From a virus, in IMG/VR virus record IMGVR_UViG_3300042923_000319, positions 1 through 64,000 of that record: 64,000 nucleotides of DNA; one strand, written 5' to 3'. The stretch's first letter is position 1, and every line of letters begins with the position of its first letter. Of this stretch, positions 30,697 through 41,892 are shown piece after piece. The notes below the pieces were generated by a model. That model was not told the origin of the DNA and ran no database searches. It saw only the letters and a list, made by a program, of their open reading frames with translations. Position numbers and translations under genes: made by a program.

Positions 30697-31271
30697 TGAA
30701 AATTAAAGCTAAACTTAAAGACAATTCAAATAAGTATTTCTCCGATGTATTAAGTTATAAATTCTTAAATTGCGACGATGGTGTTTTAGAAATCCATATG
30801 AATAATCCACTTAATAATTGTTATGTTGTTAATGTTAAATCAGTAGAACAGATCAAGGAGGAAACAATGAATACATTTAAGAAATCCGATCTAAAAACTG
30901 GGATGATGGTGCAGATGAGTAATGGACAATGGTCTCTTGTGTTGACTAGTAATGAACCATACGAAAGTGAAGATTTAATATTAGTACAATTTGGTGGAGA
31001 TGAGTTCATGACTGGTCGATATTATGATGATAATTTAGATTATACTGGATCTTACCCAGGAATTTTTATGATTACTAAAATTGCCTCTTGTAGTGGATTC
31101 CAAATAGGTACTATGAAATCATTCGTCAACCACAGCGACCCCACAGCTATCCCAGAATTCCACATCATCTGGTCGCGGGAATCCGATGAGAAAGCCAAGG
31201 TTATCAGTGTTATCGAAGGATTACAAAAGGAACTCAATGATGCCAAAAGAAAACTGGAGGAATTGGGATGA
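30696..31271 (+). CDS. Hypothetical protein, paralog of 26210..26836, with internal restart at 30867
   Basis: Shared C-terminal domain; AAGGAGG before the internal ATG. Confidence 0.6.
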   Translation: MKIKAKLKDNSNKYFSDVLSYKFLNCDDGVLEIHMNNPLNNCYVVNVKSVEQIKEETMNTFKKSDLKTGMMVQMSNGQWSLVLTSNEPYESEDLILVQFGGDEFMTGRYYDDNLDYTGSYPGIFMITKIASCSGFQIGTMKSFVNHSDPTAIPEFHIIWSRESDEKAKVISVIEGLQKELNDAKRKLEELG

Positions 31272-31608
31272 GTAAGAATTGTGGCACTTGTTTATACCAA
31301 GGAACACCAACTTATAAGCACCCATGCGACACATGTTGGCTACAGAAAAACTGGGAACCACAGGAAGAAGAACCAGTAAAACTAGCAGTGGATTACTATT
31401 GTTTCCCATCACCTCCTTGTGCTCCCACCACCTCTAAAGAAATCCACGATCAACTCCATGTACTCTACAGTCAATACAATGATCTCGGTGAGGCACTATC
31501 ACGAATAGACGATGTGGACAACTCATACACCTATGAGTTAATCCAAGCGAGATACAATGCACTGGCACAGGAAATTGAAAGTATATCTAAGAAGGAGTGG
31601 AGAGAAGC

Positions 31609-31947
31609 GTGAAAGATATCATTAAAGCATTTTTAGGATTTCTAATGTTTATTATAGTATTCCTTGGTGTCGCATGGTTTATCCAAGGTAGTAACTTCTT
31701 TATGTACAAAGTATTTGCACCGCAATACGAGCAAGTTCGTAGAGAAACCTTTGAAGAATCCAAAGCTTATAACCAAGGTGTAGCACAGGATATATCAAAC
31801 TTTGAACAACAGTATGCACAGGCAAGCGATAGTCAAAAGGACGCATTGGCTTCTGTAATTATCCATCGATATGCTGATTATGATTTAGGTAAATTACAAC
31901 CAAGCCAAAGACAATTCATTGAAAAATTAAGAAGAGGTGATAGATAA
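31609..31947 (+). CDS. Membrane-anchored protein
   Basis: N-terminal TM helix followed by a helical domain. Confidence 0.65.
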   Translation: MKDIIKAFLGFLMFIIVFLGVAWFIQGSNFFMYKVFAPQYEQVRRETFEESKAYNQGVAQDISNFEQQYAQASDSQKDALASVIIHRYADYDLGKLQPSQRQFIEKLRRGDR

Positions 31948-31948
31948 C

Positions 31949-32416
31949 ATGAAGAAAATTATTGGAGCATGTTTGATTGGAGTTATGGCGTTGTCATTGG
32001 TTGGATGTTCAAAATCTAGTGGAATGAAGGAATATCAATCGCAAGAAAAACTTCAACAAGAATCCATTGCTCAAGCAGGGTTGCCAGCAATACAGCAATT
32101 TAGAGAGAAGAAATTACTCAAAGATATCTATGAACTCCGTGACCAAGATGGTTTAGTGACCTACACGTATATCGTAGCAGAAAACACTGGTAAACTTGTG
32201 TTGCTCGGTGAATCTATCGGCTATGGCATTCCAGCAGCTACACAATATAACAACCCAATGAAATCATCAGGTGTACCACAAGCTGAACCTAATGGATTAT
32301 ATTCACCGCAATCAGCAGAAGGTACATGGGTAATGCTTAAAGACCCTAATGGTAAAACAGTGAAACCAGTGTATGTCGAAGCTAGAGTCATTGTAAGTCC
32401 ATATAAATTACAGTAA
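31949..32416 (+). CDS. Lipoprotein
   Basis: MKKII...SLVGC lipobox. Confidence 0.75.
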   Translation: MKKIIGACLIGVMALSLVGCSKSSGMKEYQSQEKLQQESIAQAGLPAIQQFREKKLLKDIYELRDQDGLVTYTYIVAENTGKLVLLGESIGYGIPAATQYNNPMKSSGVPQAEPNGLYSPQSAEGTWVMLKDPNGKTVKPVYVEARVIVSPYKLQ

Positions 32417-32430
32417 TAAGGAGGAATCAT

Positions 32431-34641
32431 ATGTCATCAAATACAAACCTAAATGGTAACTGGTATGAACGCGAAGTTGGTTCACAGGTTCTACAAAAGA
32501 AATATCTACATGAAAACGAAGACTTTAACGGTATGATTGAGCGTGTCACCGCTACCGCTGGAGTTCCTGCAATGAAGGACTACCTTAGAAACGCTGATTT
32601 CTTCTTGGCTGGTCGCAGTCTCTACGGAGCAGGACTCAAGGATGTTAAAAAGGTCACAACATCGAACTGTTTTGTACTCAAGACACCAGAAGACACCCTT
32701 GATTCAATCTATGATACATGCAAAGATGCAGCCATCATTGGTTCTCTTGGTGGTGGCGTTGGTGTAGCAGTGGATAACATTAGACCCAAAGGTTCAATTA
32801 TTAACAATTCAGCGAAGGAATCCAGTGGCGTAGAGTTCGTAATGAATCTCTTAAATGAAACAGGGCAGAACATTGGTCAACAAGGAAGACACATGGCTAT
32901 CATGGTTATGCTTGATTGTAACCATCCAGATATCATTGAGTTTCTAGGGATAAAACAGCGGAATAACCGATTGGACTCAATGAATATCTCAATAAAATTC
33001 ACAGATAAATTCATGGAAGCTGTAAGAGACAATAAAGAATATACACTACAATTCGATGTGAAATCCACAGGTGAACACATTGAACGTACAATAAACGCCA
33101 AGGATTTCTTCATGAAGTTCTGTGAGTGCCAATATGACTGGGGTGATCCAGGAGGATGTTTTATTGACCGTGTGAAAGATTATCAGTTACTCAGTGGATA
33201 CGATGATTATACGATAGATGCTTCAAATCCATGTGCAGAATTCTTTGGAAACGCTGGCAATGCATGTAACTTAGCTAGTATCAATTTGTATAATATAGTC
33301 GATGATCCATTCACTGATAATGCAACGATTAATTATAATAAACTCAGAAATCTCGTTCAAAATGGTGTGGTAGCTCTCAATAACATTCTAAATTATGGGT
33401 ATGATATGCAACCATTAGACCAAAATCGTAAGTGTATCGATGATTGGCGTTCAATTGGGTTGGGTATCTTTGGTTTAGCAGATATGTTGATAGCATTGGG
33501 ATTGCGATACGGCAGTGAAGAGGCTAATAAGAAAATTGATTATGTAATGGATTATATTTTATATAATGCACTAGTAACATCGAACGACTTAGCAGAGGCA
33601 GAGGGGTCATTTGGTAAGTTTAATTGGAAATCAACAAAGAAATCTAAGATAATTGACAGTATTAAAGATACAGATCTCTACGACAACATTAAACAATATG
33701 GACTTCGCAATGGCACACTGCTCTCCATCGCTCCAGCAGGGACAATCAGTACAATGTGTGGCATCTCTAACGGATGTGAACCACTATTCATGATTTCCTA
33801 CGAGCGCACAACGCACTCCTTAGAAAAACAAGGGAAATACTTTAAAGTCTACGCTAAATCCGTTGAAGACCTACTGAAACACCACGGTATCGACCCAGAA
33901 TCAATCACAGTGGACGAAATAAAGAAACGCTTCCCATTTGTTGTGGACTCCCATGATATCACTCCAGAAGAACGTGTGAGAACCCAAGCAGTCATGCAGA
34001 AATACGTTGATAATGCCATCAGCTCTACAGTAAATCTCAAGGAATCAGCAACAGTACAGGATATCTTTGATACCTATATGTTAGCATGGGAGCAAGGGTT
34101 GAAGGGGATTACAGTGTTTAGAGATGGATGTAAACGTGGATCAATCTTAGGTGGTTCTGGTGCAAATCCCGAACCAAAGAAATTCAACAGTATCTCACCA
34201 GTTAAACGCAACAATATCCGCAAGATGGACGGTAGCACATTCGTTGGTCATACAGCGTGTGTCAAGAATCTGTACACTACAGTCAATAAAATGGGGGATG
34301 ATGTGTTTGAAGTGTTTACTAATGCGTCTACAGGATGCCGTAGCAATATCAATACAATTACTCGGTTAGTATCATTAGCACTCCGTAGTAGAATCAAAGT
34401 TAGCGAAGTTGTTCATGAGTTAAAAGCAAACTCTTGTCCAGCGTGTACTGTACTAAAGGGTCAAGGGAAGAACATTAGTAACTCTTGCGGCACTTCTATT
34501 GCAGAGGCTATCGAAGAAGCTTATGGAGCCACGGAAGCCGATGAAACACTCGCGATTTGTCCAGAGTGTGGCAAAAGAGGATTAGTGCCTACTGGAAAGT
34601 GCGTTTCGTGCAATCAATGTGGCTATTCAAAATGTGATTAA
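32431..34641 (+). CDS. nrdJ: Class II (B12-dependent) ribonucleotide reductase
   Basis: SNCF, NPCAE, CNLASINL, SIAPAGT, ISSTVNL, KGITVFRDG, C-terminal TSCPD-like domain and zinc ribbon; no R2 subunit gene seen. Confidence 0.9.
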   Translation: MSSNTNLNGNWYEREVGSQVLQKKYLHENEDFNGMIERVTATAGVPAMKDYLRNADFFLAGRSLYGAGLKDVKKVTTSNCFVLKTPEDTLDSIYDTCKDAAIIGSLGGGVGVAVDNIRPKGSIINNSAKESSGVEFVMNLLNETGQNIGQQGRHMAIMVMLDCNHPDIIEFLGIKQRNNRLDSMNISIKFTDKFMEAVRDNKEYTLQFDVKSTGEHIERTINAKDFFMKFCECQYDWGDPGGCFIDRVKDYQLLSGYDDYTIDASNPCAEFFGNAGNACNLASINLYNIVDDPFTDNATINYNKLRNLVQNGVVALNNILNYGYDMQPLDQNRKCIDDWRSIGLGIFGLADMLIALGLRYGSEEANKKIDYVMDYILYNALVTSNDLAEAEGSFGKFNWKSTKKSKIIDSIKDTDLYDNIKQYGLRNGTLLSIAPAGTISTMCGISNGCEPLFMISYERTTHSLEKQGKYFKVYAKSVEDLLKHHGIDPESITVDEIKKRFPFVVDSHDITPEERVRTQAVMQKYVDNAISSTVNLKESATVQDIFDTYMLAWEQGLKGITVFRDGCKRGSILGGSGANPEPKKFNSISPVKRNNIRKMDGSTFVGHTACVKNLYTTVNKMGDDVFEVFTNASTGCRSNINTITRLVSLALRSRIKVSEVVHELKANSCPACTVLKGQGKNISNSCGTSIAEAIEEAYGATEADETLAICPECGKRGLVPTGKCVSCNQCGYSKCD

Positions 34642-36331
34642 CGTCTACACATCGGTATACAGAAAAGGAGAACCTATGAACCCAGATTATTTCATGTCAA
34701 CCTTTGGATATCAAAGAGTAAGCGAGGAGAAACCAATGAATATGGCAACTATAAGTATAATCACAGAGGAACAATCCAAAGCTCTTCAAATGGTTCGCAA
34801 GGAAATTCCTATATTATGGAAAGAAATAACTATGAATAGTTGCTGTGAAATCTATTGTCCTAAAGAGCCAGTCTGTGAAATCTGTTGGAATAATGCAGCA
34901 GATAAACAACGAGGAGGAACCAATGAAAATTATTGTTCACACTGATGAACTAATCAATGATTTATCCCGTATCGCTGACCTAAAATTATCAAAGACGACT
35001 CGATTAGTTCTACACACCAACCAAGAAATAATCCCTGGCTCCACCTATGTCTTAATCGATGGTGAAGAAGTGTATCCCAGTGCTTTATCAATGTTTACCG
35101 AGATATATTCGCAGGGAAGAAAGGTGGAGATTTAGCCAATGGTCAAATATGTGATTCATCCTGGGTGGGTATGGAGTAAAACTGATGGGGATGACCACTA
35201 TATAACTTATGGAAAACTCATCAGTTTATACAAAGTTAGCTCACATGAGTGTGTTAGGTATGATAACCATGGTTTTTCTATAGATAGAATTTGTGATAAT
35301 TATATTCATTTATTCCCTAGATATGATGGCGACTACCAAATAACAAAGGAGGACACCAAATGAAAGCAATCGCAGAATACATCGTTAAAATCAAGGTAAT
35401 CGAAGATTGCACCGATGAACTAGCTAATAATATATTAAGCTTACCAAAAGAAGATATTGATAGCATCAGAGGAGTAATCGAGGCTGACATTAAGGATGCA
35501 GTTGTAGATCATATGAAAGCTAATGCTGAGGTGTCCGTCAACACAATACGCTTTGAATTTCTGGAGGAAATGTGATGCAAGCTACAAAAGAAACAAAGTT
35601 CAACATCGGTGATACCGTAAAACCAATTACGCTTTACAACAGTAATATAGCCATCGATATACTAAGGATTGAACCAGAAATCACCATCGTTGATTGCAAG
35701 GTGACACAAGTATCTTATCTTTGTGAATATCCCAATGGTGAACGAAAGTATATACAAGAAAATATGTTGTGTACTACCGAAGGTGCTGACGAATTAGTTA
35801 AGGGGTATCTATAAAAATGCAAACCACTCTAACCTCAAAGCACAACATCGGTGATACCGCGATCCTACGAGCCATACACTGGCGTGAACCAGTGACTATC
35901 CAAGATGTAATCTTTGACGACCATGAAAGAAAATTTAGATACCTCACAGACACTTATGACTGTTACATTGATGAAACGGAGTTGGATTGATGAAGATACC
36001 ATTTGATACCGATGGAAACATGCAATCTTATGAATATTACGGTACAGAACTTAAAGATATTGAAGAACTCACCACTGAGCTGACATTAGTCAACTTTGAG
36101 CGTGGCAGAAGCGCAATGAATTTTATCTATAAGGATGTCTACAATCACACTTATTCAATGTTCCTTGGTGAATTTAAAAAGTTAACAAAGATGTTTAATG
36201 AAGGCAAACTTAGTAACCTTGGTAAAATCTACGGTAAATGGACATTCAGAAAGCAAGGAGCTAATTATAGTATAACACTGATTGAAACAATGGAACACGA
36301 AGATTATGGCTTTAGATAAGGAGAGTGAACA

Positions 36332-36964
36332 ATGAAAGTTCTTAATGCAGGCTCAATAGAGCTACTAGATCACATGGGTACTGATGATTCAATCGTGAAA
36401 GCTGCTAGACAATGCTATGGAAGTTCTGGGAATGAACTAGCGGATGAACGATTGTTAGAATCAGTGGTTAAACATCGGCATACATCGTGTCTTGAGCATA
36501 CAGCATTGACGTTCAAGGTTAAAGCACCGATATTCGTGGCTAGACAATGGATGCGCCACAGAGTCGGATGTAGTTATAATGAGAAATCACTGAGATATAC
36601 TGAAGCAACACCAGAGTTTTATATGCCATCCGATGAGCAATTTGAGAATTCTCCCTTATCATACAAACACAAGCCATTGAAAGAATGGTGGCTTAGAACC
36701 ATAGAAGAACAATATGATGAATACCTAATGTGGATAGACTATCTTCCCAAAGAGCAAGCTCGTGCAGTGCTTCCCCTTGGTATCTACACTGAATTTATCT
36801 TTAGTTGTAACATGGCAAGTCTATTGCATTTCTTAGAGTTACGTCTAGCAAAGTCAGCCCAAGTGGAAATCAGAGTCTACGCACAGGCAATACTTGAGCT
36901 GATTCAAGAAGTATTTCCTAAGACAACAAATATTATACGAAAGGAATTTGGAGGTAATCAATGA
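36332..36964 (+). CDS. thyX: Flavin-dependent thymidylate synthase
   Basis: RQWMRHR...SYNEKSLRY motif. Confidence 0.95.
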   Translation: MKVLNAGSIELLDHMGTDDSIVKAARQCYGSSGNELADERLLESVVKHRHTSCLEHTALTFKVKAPIFVARQWMRHRVGCSYNEKSLRYTEATPEFYMPSDEQFENSPLSYKHKPLKEWWLRTIEEQYDEYLMWIDYLPKEQARAVLPLGIYTEFIFSCNMASLLHFLELRLAKSAQVEIRVYAQAILELIQEVFPKTTNIIRKEFGGNQ

Positions 36965-37374
36965 AACACACAATAAATGAATGGGAGAAAATCGTCGGTA
37001 TTACCATAGTTGACCCAGACGGATTCGATAGAAGCAATCCAAATTTATACAATGAATTATTTACAAAGGAAGAATTCGATGATGCTCTAATGAGATGCAC
37101 AGTGATTGTGAGGTTAACCAATGCTTAAAATCAAAGACAACTATGATCTACAACAGCTTACCAAATATGGCTTTGTAAAGCTTGCCTATGGTAACATGTG
37201 GGAATATACAATGTTTGGTGAAAACGACCAAGAGCTGTGTTTGATTGTCAATGCTTACAATGAACAGAATCGTGAAATCAAAGTAAATTATCTTGGTGAT
37301 GGTGATGCGGACATTCTTGGTGATCTAACGGTACTCTATCAGATGATCATGGATGGAATCGTGGAGGTGGTTGA

Positions 37375-38136
37375 GTGAAGGTTGGAGATAGAGTAAGAGT
37401 TGTAAATATAATCAATGGTGCTCCAAAAGAAACACTAGGACAAGAAGGTATTCTCAAAGATATCACCGATTTTGATGACTATATAAGTTGTAGAGTTGAT
37501 TTTGGTGATGACTGGTGGCAATATGCAGGTCAAGAACTTGAGCTAATCCCCACTGGTGGAATCATAGATGAAAGCTGTGGAATTATCCCAGATACCGATG
37601 GATTAATCCTACCATATGACAGCAAATGTCTTGCTGATTGTCAAACATGGTATCCTGGAGGTAAATTGTTTGCATCTCATGGCGCTCGACCTCGTAAAAC
37701 CCGTGGATTCGAAGCAGTCACAGGTTACTCCCCAGTCCTACCAAAGCGTTCCACAGCTAAATCCGCTGGCTATGACATAAGTGTCATCGGTGAAGCCATC
37801 GTACAGCCTGGACAAACCGTAGTATTCAACACAGGACTCAAAGCTTACATGCAGGACGATGAAGTTCTACAGATTCACATTAGATCATCCGTGGGAATTA
37901 AGCGTAACCTAGTGTTATCCAATGGTACAGGCATAATTGACGCAGATTTCTACAATAATCCAGATAATGAAGGGCACATTAGAATTGCTGTGACGAACAT
38001 CGGTAATGAACCACAGTTAGTCAATGGTGGTAAGCCTATAGCACAGGGAATTTTCGTGAAGTATCTTACGACTGACGATGATTGTGCCGATAGAGAAAGA
38101 CTAGGTGGCATAGGTTCGACGGATGAAATTAATTAA
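37375..38136 (+). CDS. dut: Trimeric dUTPase with N-terminal extension
   Basis: AGYD, RSS, GIIDADF, IAQ, RLGGIGST motifs; about 105 extra N-terminal residues. Confidence 0.9.
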   Translation: MKVGDRVRVVNIINGAPKETLGQEGILKDITDFDDYISCRVDFGDDWWQYAGQELELIPTGGIIDESCGIIPDTDGLILPYDSKCLADCQTWYPGGKLFASHGARPRKTRGFEAVTGYSPVLPKRSTAKSAGYDISVIGEAIVQPGQTVVFNTGLKAYMQDDEVLQIHIRSSVGIKRNLVLSNGTGIIDADFYNNPDNEGHIRIAVTNIGNEPQLVNGGKPIAQGIFVKYLTTDDDCADRERLGGIGSTDEIN

Positions 38137-38182
38137 TGTGTCCACTGATGTGTATACAACAATAAAACGATAGGAGAATTGG

Positions 38183-38821
38183 ATGAAAATTTTAGTAGCC
38201 TGTGAGGAAAGCCAAGCTGTAACCATCGAACTACGCAAGTTAGGTCATGAAGCATACTCATGTGATATCGAAGAATGCTCTGGAGGACATCCAGAGTGGC
38301 ATCTACAGCAAGACGTTACAACTTTATTACATGGTAGGTGCAGTTTTAAAACTATTGATGACAAATATCATGCAATATGTAGAAGATGGGATATGATCAT
38401 TGCATTTCCACCGTGTACGTACCTGAGTAACGCTGGAGCAAGGCATTTATATCCTAACCATGTATTAAACGAAGAAAGATATCAAAAAGGCTTAGGGGCT
38501 AAAGAGTTTTTCATGATGTTCTACAATACTGATTGCGATAAAATTGCCATTGAAAATCCATTACCAAGTGGCATCTATGGACTGCCAAAACATTCACAAG
38601 TTATTCAACCATACCAATTTGGACATCCATTCAAGAAAAGAACGCAGTTATGGCTTAAAGGATTACCTTTGCTAGAACCAACGGATATTGTAAGTATCTC
38701 CCAGAGTACAAAGATTCCTGGCAATTGGTTCAACAAAGGTGGTAAAGAGAGACAAAAGAATAGATCAAAGACATTCCCTGGAATCGCAAAAGCAATCGCG
38801 ACACAATGGACACAACTATGA
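38183..38821 (+). CDS. Phage C5 cytosine methyltransferase-like protein
   Basis: LVACEES, FPPCT, IENP, K.T.LW motifs. Confidence 0.75.
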   Translation: MKILVACEESQAVTIELRKLGHEAYSCDIEECSGGHPEWHLQQDVTTLLHGRCSFKTIDDKYHAICRRWDMIIAFPPCTYLSNAGARHLYPNHVLNEERYQKGLGAKEFFMMFYNTDCDKIAIENPLPSGIYGLPKHSQVIQPYQFGHPFKKRTQLWLKGLPLLEPTDIVSISQSTKIPGNWFNKGGKERQKNRSKTFPGIAKAIATQWTQL

Positions 38822-39148
38822 CCACGCCGTCTACACATCAGTACACGAAGGAGCTGACTCAATGATTCACCACGTACTCATCGATATTGACAAAGACTAT
38901 TACATGACAGCCATAGAAACATCAGCATCCAAAAGCGAAATCCTAGACTACTTCGAACAACACAGTCCAGACGTTAGATACCTCAGAGCAACCCATGAGC
39001 GTTCAAAGCATGATATAGGGACACGACAATGCCCCCTTGGTACCATCATTAAATGCTCATATTTTGACAATAAAATTATGGCGTATAAAACCAAGAGTAA
39101 ATATAAGTTGGATACATTGAATAATGCAGAGATTGATCGGAGGCATAA

Positions 39149-39922
39149 ATGTTAGAAATCAATAGAATTTACAATGAAGATTGCTTGGAAGGTATGAAGA
39201 AAATCGATGATGGTAGCGTGGATATGATACTATGTGATTTGCCGTATGGGACAACGCAAAACAAATGGGATTCAGTGATACCTTTGGATAAACTTTGGGA
39301 GCAATATAATCGCATCATTAAACCTAGTGGAGCTGTAGTGTTAACAGCGAGCGGAAGATTTACTGCAGAGTTGATGATGTCTAATATTAAATATTGGAAA
39401 TACAACCTTGTTTGGCAGAAAACAACTCCAACTGGATTCTTGAATGCAAAGAAAATGCCTCTAAGAATTCATGAAGATATTTGCGTGTTCTATAAAAAAC
39501 TGCCTATATATAATCCGCAGAAAACAAAAGGAAATCCTAGAAAAGTCAGCAAAGCAACTCATAAAATAAACTGTAAAGAAACCACAAATTATGGCAAGCA
39601 TAACCTCAGCACCTACGATAGTACTGAAAGATATCCTACAAGTATATTTAAATTTCCGACAGATAAGCAAAAGAGTTCTTTACATCCTACACAAAAACCA
39701 GTGGCACTCTTTGAATATCTCATTAAGACCTACACCAACAAAGGCGACCTTGTGCTTGACAATTGTATTGGCTCTGGTACAACTGCAGTAGCAGCCATAG
39801 ACACTAACAGAAACTTCATTGGTTTTGAGTTAGACAAGGATTACTTTGATATTGCCAATGAACGTATCAACGCTACACCTATGACTACACCGTCCACGCA
39901 TCAGTATACAAAGGAGGCATAA
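39149..39922 (+). CDS. N4/N6 DNA methyltransferase (beta class)
   Basis: DLPY, HPTQKP, VLDNCIGSGTT. Confidence 0.9.
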   Translation: MLEINRIYNEDCLEGMKKIDDGSVDMILCDLPYGTTQNKWDSVIPLDKLWEQYNRIIKPSGAVVLTASGRFTAELMMSNIKYWKYNLVWQKTTPTGFLNAKKMPLRIHEDICVFYKKLPIYNPQKTKGNPRKVSKATHKINCKETTNYGKHNLSTYDSTERYPTSIFKFPTDKQKSSLHPTQKPVALFEYLIKTYTNKGDLVLDNCIGSGTTAVAAIDTNRNFIGFELDKDYFDIANERINATPMTTPSTHQYTKEA

Positions 39923-39925
39923 ACC

Positions 39926-40573
39926 ATCGACATACTAGAACAATACCTACAAGACTACAACGACGGCATCCTATCGATCTCTACACTTACCGCAAGACTA
40001 TCCTGTCATGAGCTGGCAGAGATATATAAACAGACACGCAAGACCAGTCGTGTAGTGTCCAAGCTATCCGATTATATCTCACCGAAACTGCTGAACCCAC
40101 AAGACATTGTGTGTGAGCGCGAGAGATTACAGGAGATATCAGGAGTTGTCCAGAGAATACTCACAACTCTACCCGATAAGCAATATCAGATATTTCAGTT
40201 GGTTGTGATCGATGGTAGAACGCAGGAAGATGTAGGAGATACCCTTGGAATAGCACATCAAAATGTTAGTAAACATCTAAAGAAAGCTATCGAATTCATC
40301 AAAGAAAACTTTGAACTATCCTGTTTACGTCCTATGTTACTCCCAACGTCATCTACGAAGGAAATCGGTGGAGCACAGTACAAAGTAAGGTATCCCAGTG
40401 ATTGGCTCTCTGAACGAAGCACAGGTGGTCACATGGGTAAACGTAAATGGATCGTGGATATACATTGTGATGTCGATAGTTATCTCGATGATGCGTTTGG
40501 GGATAAACTGACAGTATGCGAAAAATGCGAACACTGTATCAACAAAGTAATGCGAAAGAGGGTTGAGGGGTAA
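39926..40573 (+). CDS. Sigma-70 region 4-like transcription factor; probable ATC start
   Basis: TQEDVGDTLGIAHQNVSKHLKKA HTH; frame open from ATC 8 nt after GGAGG. Confidence 0.7.
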   Translation: MDILEQYLQDYNDGILSISTLTARLSCHELAEIYKQTRKTSRVVSKLSDYISPKLLNPQDIVCERERLQEISGVVQRILTTLPDKQYQIFQLVVIDGRTQEDVGDTLGIAHQNVSKHLKKAIEFIKENFELSCLRPMLLPTSSTKEIGGAQYKVRYPSDWLSERSTGGHMGKRKWIVDIHCDVDSYLDDAFGDKLTVCEKCEHCINKVMRKRVEG

Positions 40574-40852
40574 CAATGGAAAATCTAAATACACTTCTTA
40601 ACTGGATATTCCAAGACTTCTGGCATTTCATTGGAACATTATATTTACTCGCTGTAATATTTAGGAGGTAATAATGAATAAAGTTATCATCACACTTAAC
40701 TGTACTATTATATTCTTTATTATATTTTACTGGAATTCAATTATTTCATGGTTATATTCTTAGACACCCAATGTGGTGTCTTATTTTTTTTACTGACAAT
40801 AAACTGTGGATATACTATAATTTAACTTACAATTAATATTGGAGGTAATATT

Positions 40853-41251
40853 ATGCCCAAAGACAATTACATTTTTCCTGCTATTTTAGATTATGCAGAT
40901 GATGGAATTACTATTGAGTTCCCCGATTTGCCGGGTTGTGTATCTTGTGCTGATACCGATGAAGAAGCTCTTTATATGGCCAAAGATGCTCTGCGAGGTT
41001 GGTTGATGGTAGCAGAAGATAACGAAATGGAAATTTCAGAGCCGACTCCTTTAAAGAAAGTTGTATTAGAAGAAAATCAACGTGTGGTCTTAGTAGAAGT
41101 TTGTTTGGCTTTTTATCGTGAAGCATATCGTAATAGATCAGTAAAGAAAACACTAACTATACCAGCATGGCTAAACGATTTGGCGGAAAAAGAAAACGTA
41201 AATTTTTCTTTTGCGCTACAAAATGCATTAAAGCAGCAACTTAAACCCTAG
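40853..41251 (+). CDS. hicB: HicB-family antitoxin (orphan)
   Basis: FPDLPGCVSCADTDEEALYMAKDAL; C-terminal RHH VKKTLTIPAWL...NVNFS. Confidence 0.9.
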   Translation: MPKDNYIFPAILDYADDGITIEFPDLPGCVSCADTDEEALYMAKDALRGWLMVAEDNEMEISEPTPLKKVVLEENQRVVLVEVCLAFYREAYRNRSVKKTLTIPAWLNDLAEKENVNFSFALQNALKQQLKP

Positions 41252-41892
41252 AATACCTCTGGCGCTTCCTGTGTGCCTTACTGTGAAGTTTTTATGTATA
41301 TACCTACGTAACTGTATTAGTGGACATAAAAAGAACGCCCAGAGATTAATCTGAGGCGTTCATTGGGTTGTCAATAATTTATTCTCTATATTCATCATAG
41401 ATTTCAATCTCTGCTTTCTTTCTAAAGAATATTATAAGGTCTTCTTCTATTATTTCTTGAAACTGTAACAACTCTTCCAAAGTTTTTATCTCTATATACC
41501 AATACTTTCCCTTTTGATACGCTTGTTCGCATGGCTTACTGGTATCGTCACAAGTTCTACCTATTTTAAATTCCATTATTATTCCTCCTTGTCTAAAGTT
41601 TACAACTTTACATGTTCCTTGTAATTACTAGGTATTTCATTGTATATATTTATTTCCATGACACGAATATCGCTTGAATGATAGTCTTGAGTTTCAATAT
41701 ATTCCCTTGCTAATTCTTCTGTTGAGAAAATCAAGTCATCCATAATTTTCCCATTATAACTTGACAAGTAATAGATTAAGTATGCTTTTGTTATAACTTT
41801 ATTAGCTTTTAATTGCTCATTTTCTATACGATATTTTTCCTTAAGTTCAAACATTGCTTTGATAGTTGAATTATCCATTGTTCTTCCTCCTA

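Noticed and set aside
9128-34641. Inteins or introns in dnaE, helicase or nrdJ
   Set aside because: Sizes are normal and no splice-junction or LAGLIDADG motifs were seen
35572-35990. 17-bp direct repeat CAACATCGGTGATACCG as a recombination site
   Set aside because: It encodes the same NIGDT motif in two tandem small paralogous genes
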